The translations under genes were made by a program, and so were the position numbers. DNA of 64,000 nt. It comes from Squalus acanthias (Eukaryota). Positions 1-14,104 of the stretch are shown one piece after another. The notes beneath the pieces were generated by a model. It saw only the letters and a list, made by a program, of their open reading frames with translations, was not told the DNA's origin and ran no database searches. The stretch is taken from NCBI GenBank assembly GCA_030390025.1, contig CM059432.1, forward strand, positions 75,208,001-75,272,000. Reading direction: 5' to 3'. The stretch's first letter is position 1. Every line of letters starts with the position of its first letter.

Positions 1-382
1 TTTTATTATGCAAAATGAATTCTATTTAGGCAAGAATTAATAAAATGTGTACATACTCAGGCATTCAATACGCCAGAGATCATTTAGCACAACGCAAAGT
101 CACAGCACTGGATTATTGTTTTTTTTTAATTAAGTACACAAACATGATCAAACTAAAAAAAAAATCCCAGTTGCACCATAAGCATAAACAAAATATACAT
201 AAAATTCAGGATCAACTGATTTTAAAAAGCTGCTGTTATTTCATTAGTCATTCATCAATCCATGTCTCAATTCTTTAGGGCTTAATTTAGAAGCTACGTT
301 GTTGCTCTATACCATTAGAGCATTTTATATTACTCAGTGAACAGTACATCAAATGAGATATATCTGCCAATCATTAAACACC

Positions 383-800
383 ATGACCCCGATATTTACT
401 GGGGCAGGGATTTGGAGCAGGCAAGTTTTGTGGTGGTGGGAGGATAGAACGCAGGGGTGGGGGTTTCGGTGGGAGATCGTGAAGGTGGAGAGAGATGGGG
501 GTGTTAAGCTTGTTGGGCCTGGAAAAAAACACCTTGTGGACCCAGCCCTTCTCACCTCCTTTTGCCTACTGGGTTTCCCAATGCTAGGAAAACCCGGATG
601 ACAGCAGTAAAAAAATGTAAACCTTGTTAAAATAAAGGCACGCAGACTCCTTAAAAGGTTTCAACAACCGACCCACCTCCAGAGAGCAGAGTGGTCACCC
701 ATCACTCGTCCCGCTTCCGTTAAAACCGGAAGTGGGTGAGTTCGAGGCAGGTTGGATTCCTACCTGACCCAAACATACCCGTTTTGGGGGGTTAAAATTC
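383..800. mobile_element. Degenerate Harbinger-type MITE
   Basis: GC-richer block with ends (gaccccgatatttac / ggggttaaaattc) resembling other Harbinger-type TIRs in the window. Confidence 0.35.
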
Positions 801-1659
801 AATTGAACAAAAAACTTGACTAATATTTATATGTTCCAAACTTGTTTTTGCACTATTCCATTTTGTGCTTATCCAGCTACAGACACCGGTACCAAGAACA
901 GACTATCGACTTGTATACTTCAAGCAACGGTAACATCACTCCCTGTTCAGAAAAAACACAGGCCAGATGTAGAGCAAAGGTACCTTAACATTACACCACA
1001 ACCTCAGATGGGCACCTCCTCCTGCACTAGTGCACCAGTCATTTTCCATACCAGCCATCCTCCTGACCTGAATAAGACTCAATTTATTAATTAGGGACAG
1101 TAGGCTCACTGCACTAGGAACTAGATTAACACTGCCCATACTTCTTTACCTTGGCTAGATGGAGCCCGGGTTCCAGGTTTGGAAAACAGAATATGCTCAT
1201 ATATACACATACAGTGAAACCTGTATAAACAGACACTTCCAAAAAAGACACTTGCAAAGAAAAGATACTTAGAGACACCCAAATAATTTGCATGGTAAAA
1301 AATACAAGAAGCAGTCCAAAACAATGGACATTCACAAATTGCAAACGGCTTTTAATGCCCTTTTATAAAACTTGAAAAACACGGAACGTACAGGTCTGTG
1401 CGGTTTTGTGAAAGAAACTGTTTTTGTGCAATGGCAAGCTCTTTACCCACTATCCATTGCAGCAGAGAAACCGCTCTCACTCTGGGATTGAATACTTGCA
1501 TGGCCATGGATGCTGGGTAAAGAACTCCCCGTTCTACTGAAATTTTCACAGTACATACAATGACCATTTTGAAAACAAGGACATTTGCAAAAAAGACAGC
1601 GGATGCCAGTCCCAAGTGTCTGTAATTGAAATGCAAATTGACACACTTTGGGAGAAAGT

Positions 1660-2405
1660 ACAAGGAGAATAATATACTGAATTTGTAAAACTTTGAAAAG
1701 GAAGAGTCTTGAGGGTTCAGATGCTCAAATCTTTCAAAGTGAGAGGACAAATTGATAAAGCTGTAAAAAAAAAAGCTTATGGACTGTAGGTTTTAGAGGT
1801 GTAGAGTAAAAAAGCAAAGAGGTAATGCTAAACCTATACAAATCAATCATTGGTTAGGCTAGTTAGAATATGGTGTCTGGTTCTGGGCACTTTGCTTTAG
1901 GAAAGATGTCAAGAGCACAGAGAGGGTTCAAAAGAGATTCACCGTGATACCAGGAATTAGAGGATTTAATCATGAAGGTAGACTATAGAATTTAGGGTTC
2001 TTTCCATTTGAGCAGAGAAAGCAAGATGAAATTTAATAGAGGCAATTAAAATTATGAAGAGTTTCGATAAAGGTAAATCAGGGGAAACTATTTTCACTGG
2101 TCAATGAGTCAGTAACTCTGATTATAAATTTAAAATAGTTAACAATGAAGGGAGGTACTAGAATTTTTTTTTTTTTTTTTTTAAAACACAGCAGGTTCAG
2201 ACTGGAATGCCATAGCAGAAATAATGGTGGCAGCAGAATGCATAATAGCTTTTAAGAGTGAAGTGAATAAATATTTGATTTTTTTTTTAAAATAAAGTGT
2301 GGGGAAAGAGCAGGGAAATGGGCTAAGTGGATAGCCCATTAAGAGCAAGCAAAGGTGCGATGGGCTGAATGGCTTTCTTCTGTGCTGTAAAATTTTATGA
2401 TTCTC
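1660..2405 (+). mobile_element. Degenerate CR1 LINE 3' fragment
   Basis: Decayed similarity to the ORF2 C-terminus of the CR1 at 48-51 kb; ends in gatgggctgaatggc..tctgtgctgt..tatgattct tail. Confidence 0.75.
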
Positions 2406-2714
2406 TGTCAACCATGCTCCCTTAGTATATTAAAGTGTCATCCTTTTCAAAGATTTAATAAAATACACACCCTAGAGAACATACTGAACTCTGCACTGAC
2501 TTTTGTTTACAAATGGTATACAGTTCCCCCAGTGAGCGTGCCCAGCAAGTAGCTGAGCCACACAGACAGAAGGGTCTTGACCCTGGTTTGTGCCGAGCTA
2601 GCTGATCACTGCTGAGATAGTAGTCTTATACAGTAGTCACCTGGTTTATCCTCCTCCTGCTTCTTGAAAATATTAAATTGGCTCCTCTCCAGTCCAATGG
2701 TACAATTTAATGAG

Positions 2715-3112
2715 GGTGGTGTGTTCAAGTCCCACTCCAGAAACTTGAGCATATGATCCAGGCTGACACATGCAGTACTGAGAAAGTGCTGCACTGTCGG
2801 AGGTGCAGTCTTTTGGATGAAAATTTAAACCGAGGCCCTGTCTGTCCTCTCAGGTGGACATAAAATATCCCATGGCACTATATTGAAGAGGAGCTTTCCC
2901 GATCAATATTTAATCCCTCAAGTAACATCTCTTACAAAAGAGATTATCTGGCCATTATCTCGTCACCGTTTGTGGGAGCTTGCGGTGCACCAATTGGCTG
3001 CTACGTTTCCTACATTACAACAGTGACTACATTTCAAAAGTATTTCATTGGCTGTTAAGCGCTTTAGGATGTCCGGAGGTCATGAAAGGCGCTATATAAA
3101 ATGAAAGTCTTT
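2715..3112 (+). mobile_element. tRNA-derived DeuSINE (SacSINE1-like)
   Basis: B-box gttcaagtccc, Deu-domain-like gtcttttggatga..aaaccgagg..atcccatggcac, L2-like tail aaaggcgctatataaaatg. Confidence 0.75.
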
Positions 3113-3643
3113 CTTTCCAATTGTTCCATATCCTCCTGTGGTATACCTATGTTCTCACTCCCACCATCATTTGTAAAACTTAGTATCGCCAACATTCCTT
3201 TATCCTTCACAACTAGACTTTCTCCTTCATCTCCAAGCAGCCCTGCCCTCTCCAACTATTATTTTACTTTTTTTTTTTGCTTACAAAAACCCTTACTATT
3301 TCCCTTTATATTATATGCTCATTTTCTTCTCATATTTCCTTCTAATCTGATGACATTTAATGGAGATCAAAGCTTAAACAATTTGTCATTTGAACCTAGA
3401 GGTGAAATTACTGCTTTGCCTTTAAGTAACTTTGGGGATCATGTACAAGATTGTGGAAAATTAGTTTTTCATGCAAATACTAATGTTTCGTTACAAGTCA
3501 CCAAATGGGGATTTCTTTCCAAGCGCATTACCGTTATCAGAATGGTATGTCAACTCAATTTTAATTTACCCCCATATAGAAAAACTGAAAAGTAGAAGCT
3601 AGTCTTACAAAAAAAATACAGCAGTTGTACAGGATAATCCCAT

Positions 3644-3697
3644 AAACGTCTTCATTTGCAATTCAAAAGTAAATGTCTTCATTTGCAATTCAAAAGT
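3644..3697. repeat. 27-bp tandem duplication
   Basis: aaa(c/t)gtcttcatttgcaattcaaaagt x2. Confidence 0.95.
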
Positions 3698-4671
3698 AAG
3701 CAGTCACATTCCTGATCCTTTTCTACAGGGAGTTTTCACAGAAACACCACCAATAGGTTTGTTGTACTACACTGTGTTGATGCAAGGTAGCTTAAATTTC
3801 ACAGAAATGCAAACTGTGTCGCAAAGAATGCAAGTTGCTTATATTGAGCTGAGGCCAGCAGTGCAAAATCCCCTCCAGAAGCTGGTCTGACAACTACTTC
3901 AGTTACATATCCACTGCAATACAACTCCAAATTGTGCAAAGCAGTTTAAAATATTCAGGCAATGCACCAGATCACTTAGGAACCTAAACTCACTTTTGGC
4001 TCTTTGCTACAATAAAGTGCCAGTTGCATCTATAGGCTCATGTCACTATAAACAGTTACTAGTCTCACACCAGTACCGGTGTAGTACACCTGAGTTATAC
4101 CAACCCTCTTCCCAAGTAATCTTACAACAGTAAACAGAAAAAGTGACATAATATGTGCATCAAATATTAGAACCCTTGACAACTGCAATACGTATTGTCT
4201 GCTCATCAAAAACACACCCTGGAAAAGTACAATTATTCACAGAAGCGGATCTGTTGGCTACAGAACAATATTTGTTACTGAAGTACAAGCCACCTAAAAG
4301 ACAACACTAAGTACTCTGAGCCAGTCCATTTTTTTAAAAAATCTGCAAGCTTTAGCCTGATGCATGACTACAAGACCACCCAAGTTGAACTCATTTTAAA
4401 TTAGTTTGTGCTGAACTGGCATAATCTAATAGGAGATGGGCCCACTACCATAAAATGGAAAACGGCTTTACTTCAACATTACAGACCAACCAGGACACAT
4501 TTAAATCTTCAACCACAGTATAAAATCAAAAGGCAACTACAAATTCTAGTGTTGCAAAATGCAGATGTTTGAGAAAAATCTTTACATAAAAGTTTGCAAA
4601 AAATCAAGAGTCACAGCAAGAAAACATCCAGTGCATATTCAGCTGCTTCCACATATAAAACAGAACATTAC

Positions 4672-4737
4672 CTGCATCATCTGCCATGGCGTCGGTCATC
4701 TACACTTTCCATAAAGTTGTAGGTAAAACCTTAAAGT
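4672..4737 (-). CDS. Candidate exon 2 (66 nt) of unnamed host gene; contains TAG-ATG and MTDAMADDA start
   Basis: Acceptor tttcatctttattag|ACT, donor GCAG|gtaatg, Kozak GCCATGG, CpGs retained in otherwise AT-rich intron. Confidence 0.65.
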
Positions 4738-5360
4738 CTAATAAAGATGAAAAGCAAATCAAAATGTGCAACTCTGCGACCCAAACTCCAGCCTTAGCCT
4801 CATAGATAGGAGAAAGCGAGAGCTAACTCAGCTATAACCCGATACGAGATCAGCCTGCAGAATCTGCTAACAGAGTATTTTTAGATTTGCTTTCTCCATA
4901 AGCCAAACAGATTTAAGCACTCATATGGAAAGACTCCTCTTTGAATGACAACTATTTGGCATCAAACTTGTCTGGGTTACCCAACCAAAAGTCACCACAA
5001 ATTCACTCACTATCTAGTGCTAGGTATTGCTCAATAAGAACAAAAGAACACAAAATGTGTTCTCATTGTTTCATTATTTTTCCAGCGAAGCATGCTTTAA
5101 TGAATAATTCAGAAGCCGTTCAATCACTAGGCACAATTAATAAAAGCAAACTGCTGAAAAATTTATCCTTCAATACTTGGTGTACTATGGCTTGTAGAAA
5201 GTTTCTAACAGAACTCTTTGATATCAACTTTAGACAATGGTACATTTAGCAGCAAGGCTGCAAGTTACTTTTCTCACCTTCTCTCAAGGTGTCAGCACCT
5301 CACCTAATTAGCGATTCTTTACATGCAAGCCTAAAATGTGCGAAATGGCATGCTATTCTA

Positions 5361-7155
5361 GGACAGCCTTGGCTCAGTGGTAGAAAATTTTCTTCAAGAA
5401 AGGTGACATGTCCGACTGCAGTAATTACAGAGGAGTCTTCCTGCTGTCTGCCACAGGGAAAGTCATCGCAAGAATCCTCCTCAATCGCCTTCTCCCAGTG
5501 GCTGAAGAGCTCCTCCCAGAGTCGCAATGTGGATTCCACCCACTAAGGGGCACAATGAACATGATCTTCACCGCACGTCAACTACAAGAGAAATGCAGGG
5601 AACAGCACCAACCACTGTACATGGCCTTTTTTGACCTCACAAAAGGCCTTCGACACAGTCAACCGTGAGGGATTACGGCGTGTCCTCCTCAAATTCGGCT
5701 GCCCTCAAATGTTTGTCACCATCCTCCGCCTGCTTCACGACGACATGCAAGCCGTGATCCTGACCAACGGATCCACCACAGACCCAATTCACGTACAAAC
5801 CGGGGTCAAGCAAGGCTGTGTCATCGCACCAATGCTCTTCTCTAACTTCCTGACTGCAATACCCCATCTCACCCTCAGTAAGCTCCCCGCTGGAGTGGAG
5901 CTAATCTACAGAACAAAACGGGAAACTGTTCCACCTCCGTCGCCTCCAGTCCAGATCCAAGGTTGTCCCATCCTCTGTCATCGAATTACAAGTCGCTGAC
6001 GACGCCTGTGTCTGCGCACACTGAGGTCGAACCCCAAATCATCGTCAACACATTCACCAAAGCATACGAGAGCATGGGCCTTACACTAAACATCCGTAAG
6101 ACAAAAGCCCTCTACCAACCTGCCCCCACCACACAGTACTGCTTCCTGATTATCAAAACGAGGCCTTGGACAACATGGACCACTTTCCATACCTCGGAGC
6201 CGACTGTCAACAAGGGCAGACGTCGATGACGAAGTCCAACACCGCCTTCAGTGTGCCAGTGCAGCCTTCGGTCGCCTGAGGAAGAGAGTGTTTGAAGACC
6301 AGGACCTCAAACCCAGCACCAAGCTCATGGTCTACAGAGCAGTAGTGATACCTGCCCTCCTGTATGCTTCAGAGACATGGACCATGTACAGCAGGCATCT
6401 CAAAGCACTGGAGGTACCACCAATGCTGCCTCCGCAAGATCCTGCAAATCCACTGACAGGATAGGTGCACCAACGTCAGTGTTCTTGCTCAAGCCAAAAT
6501 CCCCAGCATCAAAGCTGTGACCACGTTCGATCAGCTCCGATGGACGGGCCACATCGTCCGCATGCCCGATACGAGACTCCCAAAACAAGTGCTCTACTCG
6601 GAGCTCCGACACGGCAAGAGCCCCAGGTGGGCAGAGGAAACGCTTCAAGGACACCCGCAAAGCCTCCTTGAAAAAGTGCAACATCCCCACCGACACCTGG
6701 GAATCCCTGGCCCAAGACCGCACAAAGTGGAGGAGAAGCATCCGGGAAGGCGCCGAACACCTGCGGAAGCCAAGCGCAAACAGCGGAAGGAGCGCACGTC
6801 AACCCAAGTACCCCACCCACCCGCCCCTTCAACCACCGTCTGCCCCACCTGTGACAGAGGCTGTAGGTCCCGCATTGGACTCATCAGTCACCTGAGAACT
6901 CATTTTTAGTGTGGAAGCAAGTCATCCTCGGTTCCGAGGGACTGCCTAAGAGAAGAGAGCACTCTCGCCTGGCAAAAGATCGTGGGTTCAAGGCCCACTC
7001 CAGAGATCTGAGCACATAATCCAGGCCGACACTTCAGTGCAGTATTAAGGGAGTGCTTCACTGTTGAAGGTGCAGTCTTTCAGATGGGATATTAAACCGA
7101 GGCCATCATTTGCCTCTCTCAGGTGGACATAAAAGATCCTATGGTACTATTCAAA
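5361..7155 (+). mobile_element. DeuSINE split by RTE insertion
   Basis: A-box ggctcagtggtag at ~5371 continues as cactctcgcc..gggttcaaggccc at ~6960. Confidence 0.75.
5388..6958 (+). mobile_element. 5'-truncated RTE (BovB-like) LINE, frameshifted
   Basis: NYRGVFLLS..ESQCGF..AFFDLTKAFDTV..GVKQGCVIAP; C-terminal CPTCDRGCRSRIGLISHLRTH; (aag)-type tail. Confidence 0.92.
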
Positions 7156-7759
7156 TAATGAGATAAAAAAAGAATCTTTCGGCCATCAATGTAATAGTAG
7201 GCACAGATGTACAGTACAAAAATATCCAACAGTCTCACTCAAACGGTCAGAGAGGGGTGATGCAAAAATTGGTAAAATACAGTGTTGCTGTACCAGGTAG
7301 TCTGCTAAGGTTCAGATTAAGAGATGTTATTGGAGTAGAATGTAGGAAGTGTTGCGCTTTAGCTGACTATCATATGTACTATCCAGAAATGAGCAAAGCT
7401 GACTGGGTACAAAAAGTGAGATTTCATTCCTTACCACTGACCATGATAGACACAGAAATTCAGCAAAACAAAATACAACTAAAAACAGTCATGTTTAAGG
7501 ACTGGCTTTTGGCACATACCAGACAAAAAAATGAAGCAATCTTTATTCAAGGTCATGTGCATCTCTTTAGCAATATATAGAGTCAATCACATGACAGAGG
7601 GATACAGTAACCAGCAGACACTTTAAAAATTGTTTTATTTCCAAGTTTAATTCCAGAGTATAATGTGGATGTAGGGGTGATCAGGCTGAATAGAACTGGA
7701 GCAGGAATTAAAAAGGGAAATTTAAACAAAACAAACCATCAAAAATCGAGAGAGATTTT

Positions 7760-7995
7760 TTTTTTTTGATTTGTTCATGGGATGTGAGCAACACTTGAAA
7801 GCCCACATTTATTGCCCATCCTTGTTTCCGAGGCCTTCTCCACGAATCACTGCAACCCTTGTGCTGATGGTGCTCCTACAATGATGTTAGTTCAGGATTT
7901 TCACCCTGGGATGATGAAGGAACAGTAATTATACATCAAATTCAGGATGGTGTGTGACTTAGAGGGGAACTTAGAGGTTATGGTGTTCCCATGAT
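7760..7995 (-). mobile_element. 3' tail fragment of CR1/Jockey-group LINE (family B)
   Basis: Reverse complement of ggatgggcaataaatg tail shared with 9015-9985. Confidence 0.8.
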
Positions 7996-8319
7996 AATGC
8001 CCAAAATACTGTTTTTTGTACAAAAAGTAACAAGTTAATCCTATGCCAGAACAGAGAGACCTAATTAAACTAAGCTATAATTTGCTTTCTCGTCAAGGAA
8101 GAGGAGACTATTAGTTGCTATATTGTGGTATTTGCCAGGTATCAAATATAAAAAGGAGACAAACAGCATTTCAGAAAGATCTGAACCATTTAAACAAGTG
8201 AGCAAAGAAATGGCAGATGGCTTTTAACACAGATACAATGAATGCAACATATACTGGAACATGAATCAGCAAATAAAGTATACACAATAATGGAGGGGAA
8301 GGAAGGAATGAAGCGAGGG

Positions 8320-8676
8320 AGGGGCTCGCATTTACATAACACTCTTCAGGACATCCCAAAGAGCTTCACAGTGCAATGGTCTTTTTGAAATATAGCCACT
8401 GTTGTAATGTAGGGAAACATGCCAGCCATGCCGCACCCAGCAAAGTCCCACAAACAGCAAATGAGATAAATGACCAGAAAGTCTGTGGCCATGATGTTGG
8501 TTGAGGGATAAATGTTGGCTCGGGCACCAGAAGAACTCTCCTGCTTTTCAAGTAGTGTTGTGGATCTTTTATGTCTACCTGAAGGGGCAGATGAGATCGA
8601 TGTACGATCTCATCTGAAGGATGGCACCTGTTAGTGCTGCACTCCCTTACTACTGCACTGTAGAGTCAGCCTAGAT
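8320..8676 (-). mobile_element. DeuSINE (SacSINE1-like)
   Basis: Reverse-complement similarity to 2715-3112. Confidence 0.75.
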
Positions 8677-8830
8677 CAGTGGTTCTCAAACTTTTTTGGT
8701 TGAAGGACCCCTTTTGAAATCAATCAGTAATCACGGACCCCTCATCTAAATTATACGATATAATACTCATAATAATATGAAAGTGCTGCATTTAAAAGAA
8801 TGTTTTAATAATGCTTTTAAGAAAACAGGT
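8677..8830 (+). mobile_element. hAT (Charlie-type) DNA transposon end
   Basis: Terminal motif CAGTGGTTCTCAAACTTTTT followed by gacccc motifs. Confidence 0.65.
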
Positions 8831-9014
8831 ATTTACTTTCAGATATCAGTGAGATGGGTGTGCCTGCTTCTTGCACCAATTCTAGGTACTCCACAGCAAC
8901 AGATGGCTACTATGTGCTGGGCAATTTTTAAAATAGTCAGCAGGCTGGCCAAGGTGAATGAGCGTACAAGAACCTATGCACATCCTGGGATGCTGATGGA
9001 AGCGTGACTCACCG

Positions 9015-9985
9015 CCAGTGTCCTAGGCCCAACCATCTTCAGCTGCTTCATCAATGACCTTCCCTCCAACATAAAGGTCAGAAATGGGGATGTTAGCTGA
9101 TTACTGCACAGTGTTCAGCACCATTCACAACTCCTCAGATAATGAAGCAGTCCATGCCCGCATGTAACAAGAACTGGACGACGTTCAGGCTTGGGCTGAT
9201 AAGTGGCAGGTAACATTCGCGCCACAGAAGTGCCAGGCAATGACTATCTCCAACAAGCGAGAGTCTAACCCCCGCCCCTTGACATTCAACGGCATTTCCA
9301 TCGCCGAATCCTCCACCATCAACATCCTGGGGATTAACCATTGACCAGAAACTTAACTGGACCAGCCACATAAATACTGTGGCAACAAGAGCAGGTCAGA
9401 GGCTGGGTATTCTGCAGCAAGTGTCTCACCTCCTGACTCCCCAAAGCCTTTCCACCATCTACAAGGCACAAGTAAGGAGTGTGATGGAATACTCTCCACT
9501 TGCCTGGATGAGTGCAGCTCCAACAACACTCAAGAAGCTCAACAACATCCAGGACAAAGCAGCCCACTTGATTGGCACCCCATCCACCACCTTAAACATT
9601 CACCCCCTCCACCACCGGTGCACCGTGGCTGCAGTGTGTACCATCTACAAGATGTACAGCAGCAACTCGCCAAGGCTTCTTCAGCAGCACCTCCCAAACC
9701 CACGACCTCTTCCACCTAGAAGGACAAGGGCAGCAGGCGCATGGGAACACCATCACCTCCAAGTCACACACCATCCTGACTTGGAAGTATATCGCCGATC
9801 CTTCATCGTCGCTGGGTCAAAATCCTGGAACTCCCTCCCTAACAGCACTGTGGGAGTACCTTCACCACACGGACTGCAGCGGTTCAAGAAGGCGGCTCAC
9901 CACCACCTTCTCTAGGGCAATTAGGGATGGGCAATAAATGCTGGCCTTGCCAGCGACACCCACATCCCAGAAACAAATTTTTAAA
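9015..9985 (+). mobile_element. LINE family B, RT C-terminal fragment and 3'UTR
   Basis: VLGPTIFSCFINDLP..YKAQVRSVMEYSPLAW..SWNSLP; tail gggcaattagggatgggcaataaatgctggcc. Confidence 0.9.
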
Positions 9986-10329
9986 AACTGTCCCACTGGC
10001 ATGTTCTGTAAGAGCTGCATTGTACGTGTTTGCGTGAACACATTCAGGCACATGTTTGAAGGGCCCCACAAGCGCTATGAGCACATGTCAGGAGGATGGC
10101 ACAGGGCAGTGGTGCCAGGGAGAGGAATCAGCTTGACTGGAAGTGAGCTCTCGTTGCAAATGAGTAAAAGCTGTGGGCCTCTGTGAGGAGGCGGGCCCAG
10201 CCGTTGAGAATAATTCGCAAGAACTGAATCAGTATCTGTTTTATAAAGAGGAGCAGGCTTGAAATCACCTCCGGTCACGAACCCCCTGGACGTCTCTACA
10301 GATGCCATGGGGTTCACAGACGCCAGTTG

Positions 10330-10432
10330 GAGAAACACTCGCATAGATTATGCGCTCAAGTGTCAACAGTGGGGCACGAACCCGCTACTTTCTGACTCAG
10401 GTGAAATTGCTACCACTGAGCCAAGGCTGACA
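10330..10432 (-). mobile_element. DeuSINE tRNA-like head fragment
   Basis: Reverse complement reads gtcagccttggctcagtggtagc..gagtcagaaag..gggttcg. Confidence 0.65.
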
Positions 10433-10589
10433 CCTGACAATTACAACTTTGGCCACAAGGGATTGAACTAATGACTTTCGCAACCTATTTATGTCAAGCT
10501 CTCCAGCCTCCACACTCAACCACACAAACATCAACAGACAGGTCCCCTTCAACCCCTAAAAGAAAAGGTACTAAAATATCTGGGAATGA

Positions 10590-10880
10590 TTACTCATCAT
10601 TCAATAAAAGTTTCCAGTCAAAGCTAATCAAATTCATGGATTTACCTTAAGGACGCATAATTGCAAGTCAAAACATGTTATTCCAACCTTGTACAGAACA
10701 CTAGTGAAGCACCATTTAAAACAGTGCGCGCAGCTTTGGTCATCCTACTTTGAAAAAGGACACAGATATGCTGCAGAGAGTTGAGGGAAGAGTGACAATG
10801 GCTCCACGTCTTGGAGCTCTGATATATTAGGAGAGACTTCAATGCTAGAAAGAACAAGACTGAGGGGAGACATGATCTAG
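10590..10880 (+). mobile_element. Highly degenerate CR1 fragment
   Basis: ttgtacagaacactagtgaagcaccatttaaaacagtgcgcgcagctttggtc resembles [18 protein letters not shown]. Confidence 0.6.
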
Positions 10881-12933
10881 CTCAAGGCCAAAGGTACTAG
10901 ATAAATGCGTGTTGGAATGCAGTTAGGGTCAAAAGGCTAGGTGTGAAATAATCAAATACATCACCAGATACAATAGTTCTTAAGCTGCTATGAGGAAGAG
11001 ATGTGTTTGTCTAAGAGAAGCAGGCAATGTCAAATAATGGAAATGTGAGGCTGGTGAATATTTTGGATGCAACACAATGACAACTGAGGATTTATCAGGA
11101 AAAGTTCTGCAGAAGATTAGAGTCCAAGATATGATATACTGTACATTACCCATTAAAGAAATGGGCTTAATATGTCAAGTGTTCTTTTCTCACTCCATGC
11201 TTAGTTATTACCACTTGGCACACTACATCAGAGGCTGGTACTGTACTTCATGTCACCATTCACCTCAAAGAATATTGAGTAACTGCACTTAGTGGAAACA
11301 TTTAAAAGAATGATCAAAATATTAAAACTAAAACATATTGTCCTGCAAAAATTGCAAATGGGTGGTAAGCCAACATAAAAAAACAGAACCACGCCCTCTC
11401 CCTGTACAAACATCTGTATTTTAAGTTTGACATTTGAAAATGATTTTAAGAGTACATTCATGCAGAGTTAAGCCCAAAATCTACTTGGTCAAACACCTTG
11501 GTTAGTCAGAGTTTTTAAAAAAATAGAAAAACAAACCATCTTTACCACAACCAAAATATTAACATTGCTAAACAGCACAACTATAGCAATGAAACTTGCA
11601 AATAAAGTTAGCACATCACTTCACATGTTTTGGTTACTTAACTTAATCTCATTACAAATGCTAACATGTCAACTCAGAAAGAGTGTCTTACTTGCCCAGG
11701 AGCTTACAAACTGCTCAGACAACAGAGGGGGAAAAAAACACAGCAACAGAAAAAACGTTGCATGCAAGCACACAAATTCAACTGGTACAATCAAAGCTAC
11801 GAACATCAAGCACTAATGATGATAATAGAGCTCAACAACATGCCATTCACAACAGAGGTTACCAGTGTCATAGTCTTCGTTAGGAAAGCTCACAGTTCCA
11901 GTTGAGCTTGTAGCAGTGTTGATGCACAGGCTCTGTGCCAAGATGGAAGAATCAATAGTTAAAAAGCAGTAAACTTGAAAACTGTTTACAGTATTAGACA
12001 AAATTATTACACAGACCATTTTTATGTCAATGTTTAGATGCTCGGGTTTAAGGGCCAAGGACAAAAACAAAATCATTTAGTAGGCACTTGTTTTGTGAAA
12101 TATTTAGCTGTCAGCATTAATTAGTGAAAGTTGATTTCTCCCATACAATGAAATGGCTCCAAGTCATCCAATTAGAAAAATGATTACTGCACCATCACCA
12201 CTAATCACCATTTAGTTACTAGAGGAACAATAATTATGTTTTATTCATTAGCATAAGGAAATAGTGTGTTCAACTCAATAACCATCACAAGGGTCTTCAA
12301 CATGAGGCAAGTTCAGATGTTGGTAAATCCATCCTACACTTGAGAGTTGGATAAATGCCTTTCTAATGAACGTGAGTCAAAAGGGTTAAAATTTCTGAAC
12401 AACGCTGTGTACCTCAGGCTATTAAGGTGCTCAAAGGCAGCAGTAATCGGGTGGTACAACTCAGGACGTTAGACATGATCGTTGAATAGTCAGATGGATG
12501 TAAATGTGACAGAAGGTTCCTTGGCAAAAAAGTTTCATAAATGATGCACCAATAGGAAACATCTCAGCTTCTAAACTGACAGCAGCAAATGTCTCTAAAG
12601 CATATCAAAAGGCTCTGTTCAGTGTTTTCAACATCACGGTCTTTAATATAAAAGGGAAAACAAGTTTCAAAGTGGATGTTTTGCCACTGACTAAGACTGC
12701 TCTAACTAAGCTACTAGCAGTTTTAATCACCAAGTTTATTTCTACAGGTTAGGAAAAGAGGACTAAACACCAACATATGATTCAAATTGAGACTTAATTA
12801 AAATAAACTTAAACTGATTAAAGACTCGTGTTTAACAGATGACCTGCAGTCCAGTGAAATAAAACTTTTAAATACAACCACTAGATTCCCACATTATTTC
12901 AGCAATCGGTACATCAGGATCTGGTGACAAGAA

Positions 12934-13082
12934 CACAATAGCAAAATACTGCGGATGCTGGAAATCTGAAACAACAACAGAAAATGCTGGAAACACTCAG
13001 CAGGCCAGGCAGCATCCATGGAGAGAAAATCCATGGATGCTGCCTGGCCTACTGAGTGTTTCCAGCATTTTCTGTTGTTATT
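12934..13082. mobile_element. Fold-back Penelope pLTR mini-element
   Basis: ~55-bp inverted arms of the gatgctgcctggcct..ccagcattttctg repeat; 14-bp TSD tctgg(t/g)gacaagaa at 12920 and 13083. Confidence 0.8.
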
Positions 13083-14104
13083 TCTGGGGACAAGAAGGTT
13101 GCTAACAAATCGTTCTATACCTCAGCTCCCAGTTAAATGGAAGCATCCACTTTGAAGCTTACTTTTCTCTCTAACCAGACTGCTAATAATTCCTGGCAGA
13201 AACCAGTAGTGGAGCGGCGGTTAAACAAGAAGTCATTCAGAGTCTGACATTTCCCTTTAATCATTTTTGTATGTGGTCCCATTAAAGTACATGGGGTTTA
13301 ATCAGAAGAATAGTTCCTTCAACCTTTTGTGTATTACTTATTTCCGACAGTCGTAACTACCAAGACTTTCATTTTTGCAGAATTGAGGTAGAAGTAAAGA
13401 AAATGAAGGTCACAATAATGGTATGTTTTTTTTAAATTGCATACATTAAAATAGTCTGCTCACACTAATGCAAAATTGAACAGAATAAGGAAGAGTACCT
13501 CTTAATACAGCAAGTTTACATCCCAGCTACAATATAGTATATAACCTTGCCAGTTTGCAATATAGAATATAAGCTCTAGTGGCATTTAACTGGACTCTGT
13601 TTTATATTTTTATCTGTAGACTACCACACAGAAAAGTTTAGGCTCATGTCACTATCACTTCTTAAAACAATCCAATTTTAAAGCTGTTTTCACAGTTTGG
13701 CCCACATCTCAGGAGTCAAGGCAAACTCAACCACGCACATTTCATTTTGTAATATGCAGCTGACTTTCCTGTAAACTGGGTGCACTATGCGGCCCAACTT
13801 TGCATACATCTACAAGCTGGTCATGATATTGTGGCCAGTGTATATACACTGAATAGTGGCATCATGATTGTTACAAATTTAGTCTGGTTCAGTGGCATCA
13901 GTCACTCCTGTAAGCAAATCCCATGTCTCTTATATTAAGAGTTGACCCAATCTGCCCAATATTAAATAATAGCATAACCCAGGGGGATGCAACAATGTGT
14001 TTCCTCGTGATGTACAAACAAGGTATCACGTCTTTCACACGTGTTCTCACATGTGATTCTCCAATCTTTCAGCTGCTGGACTATTTACCCTTTATTGAGA
14101 CGAA

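Noticed and set aside
200..262. C/D-box-like motifs on minus strand
   Set aside because: Boxes too close together, no terminal stem or recognisable guide
4672..4687. MADDA(G) start resembling RPS2 or the SLC35A4 uORF
   Set aside because: Only 5 residues; long introns and lack of a TOP-type start argue against RPS2; no symbol can be supported
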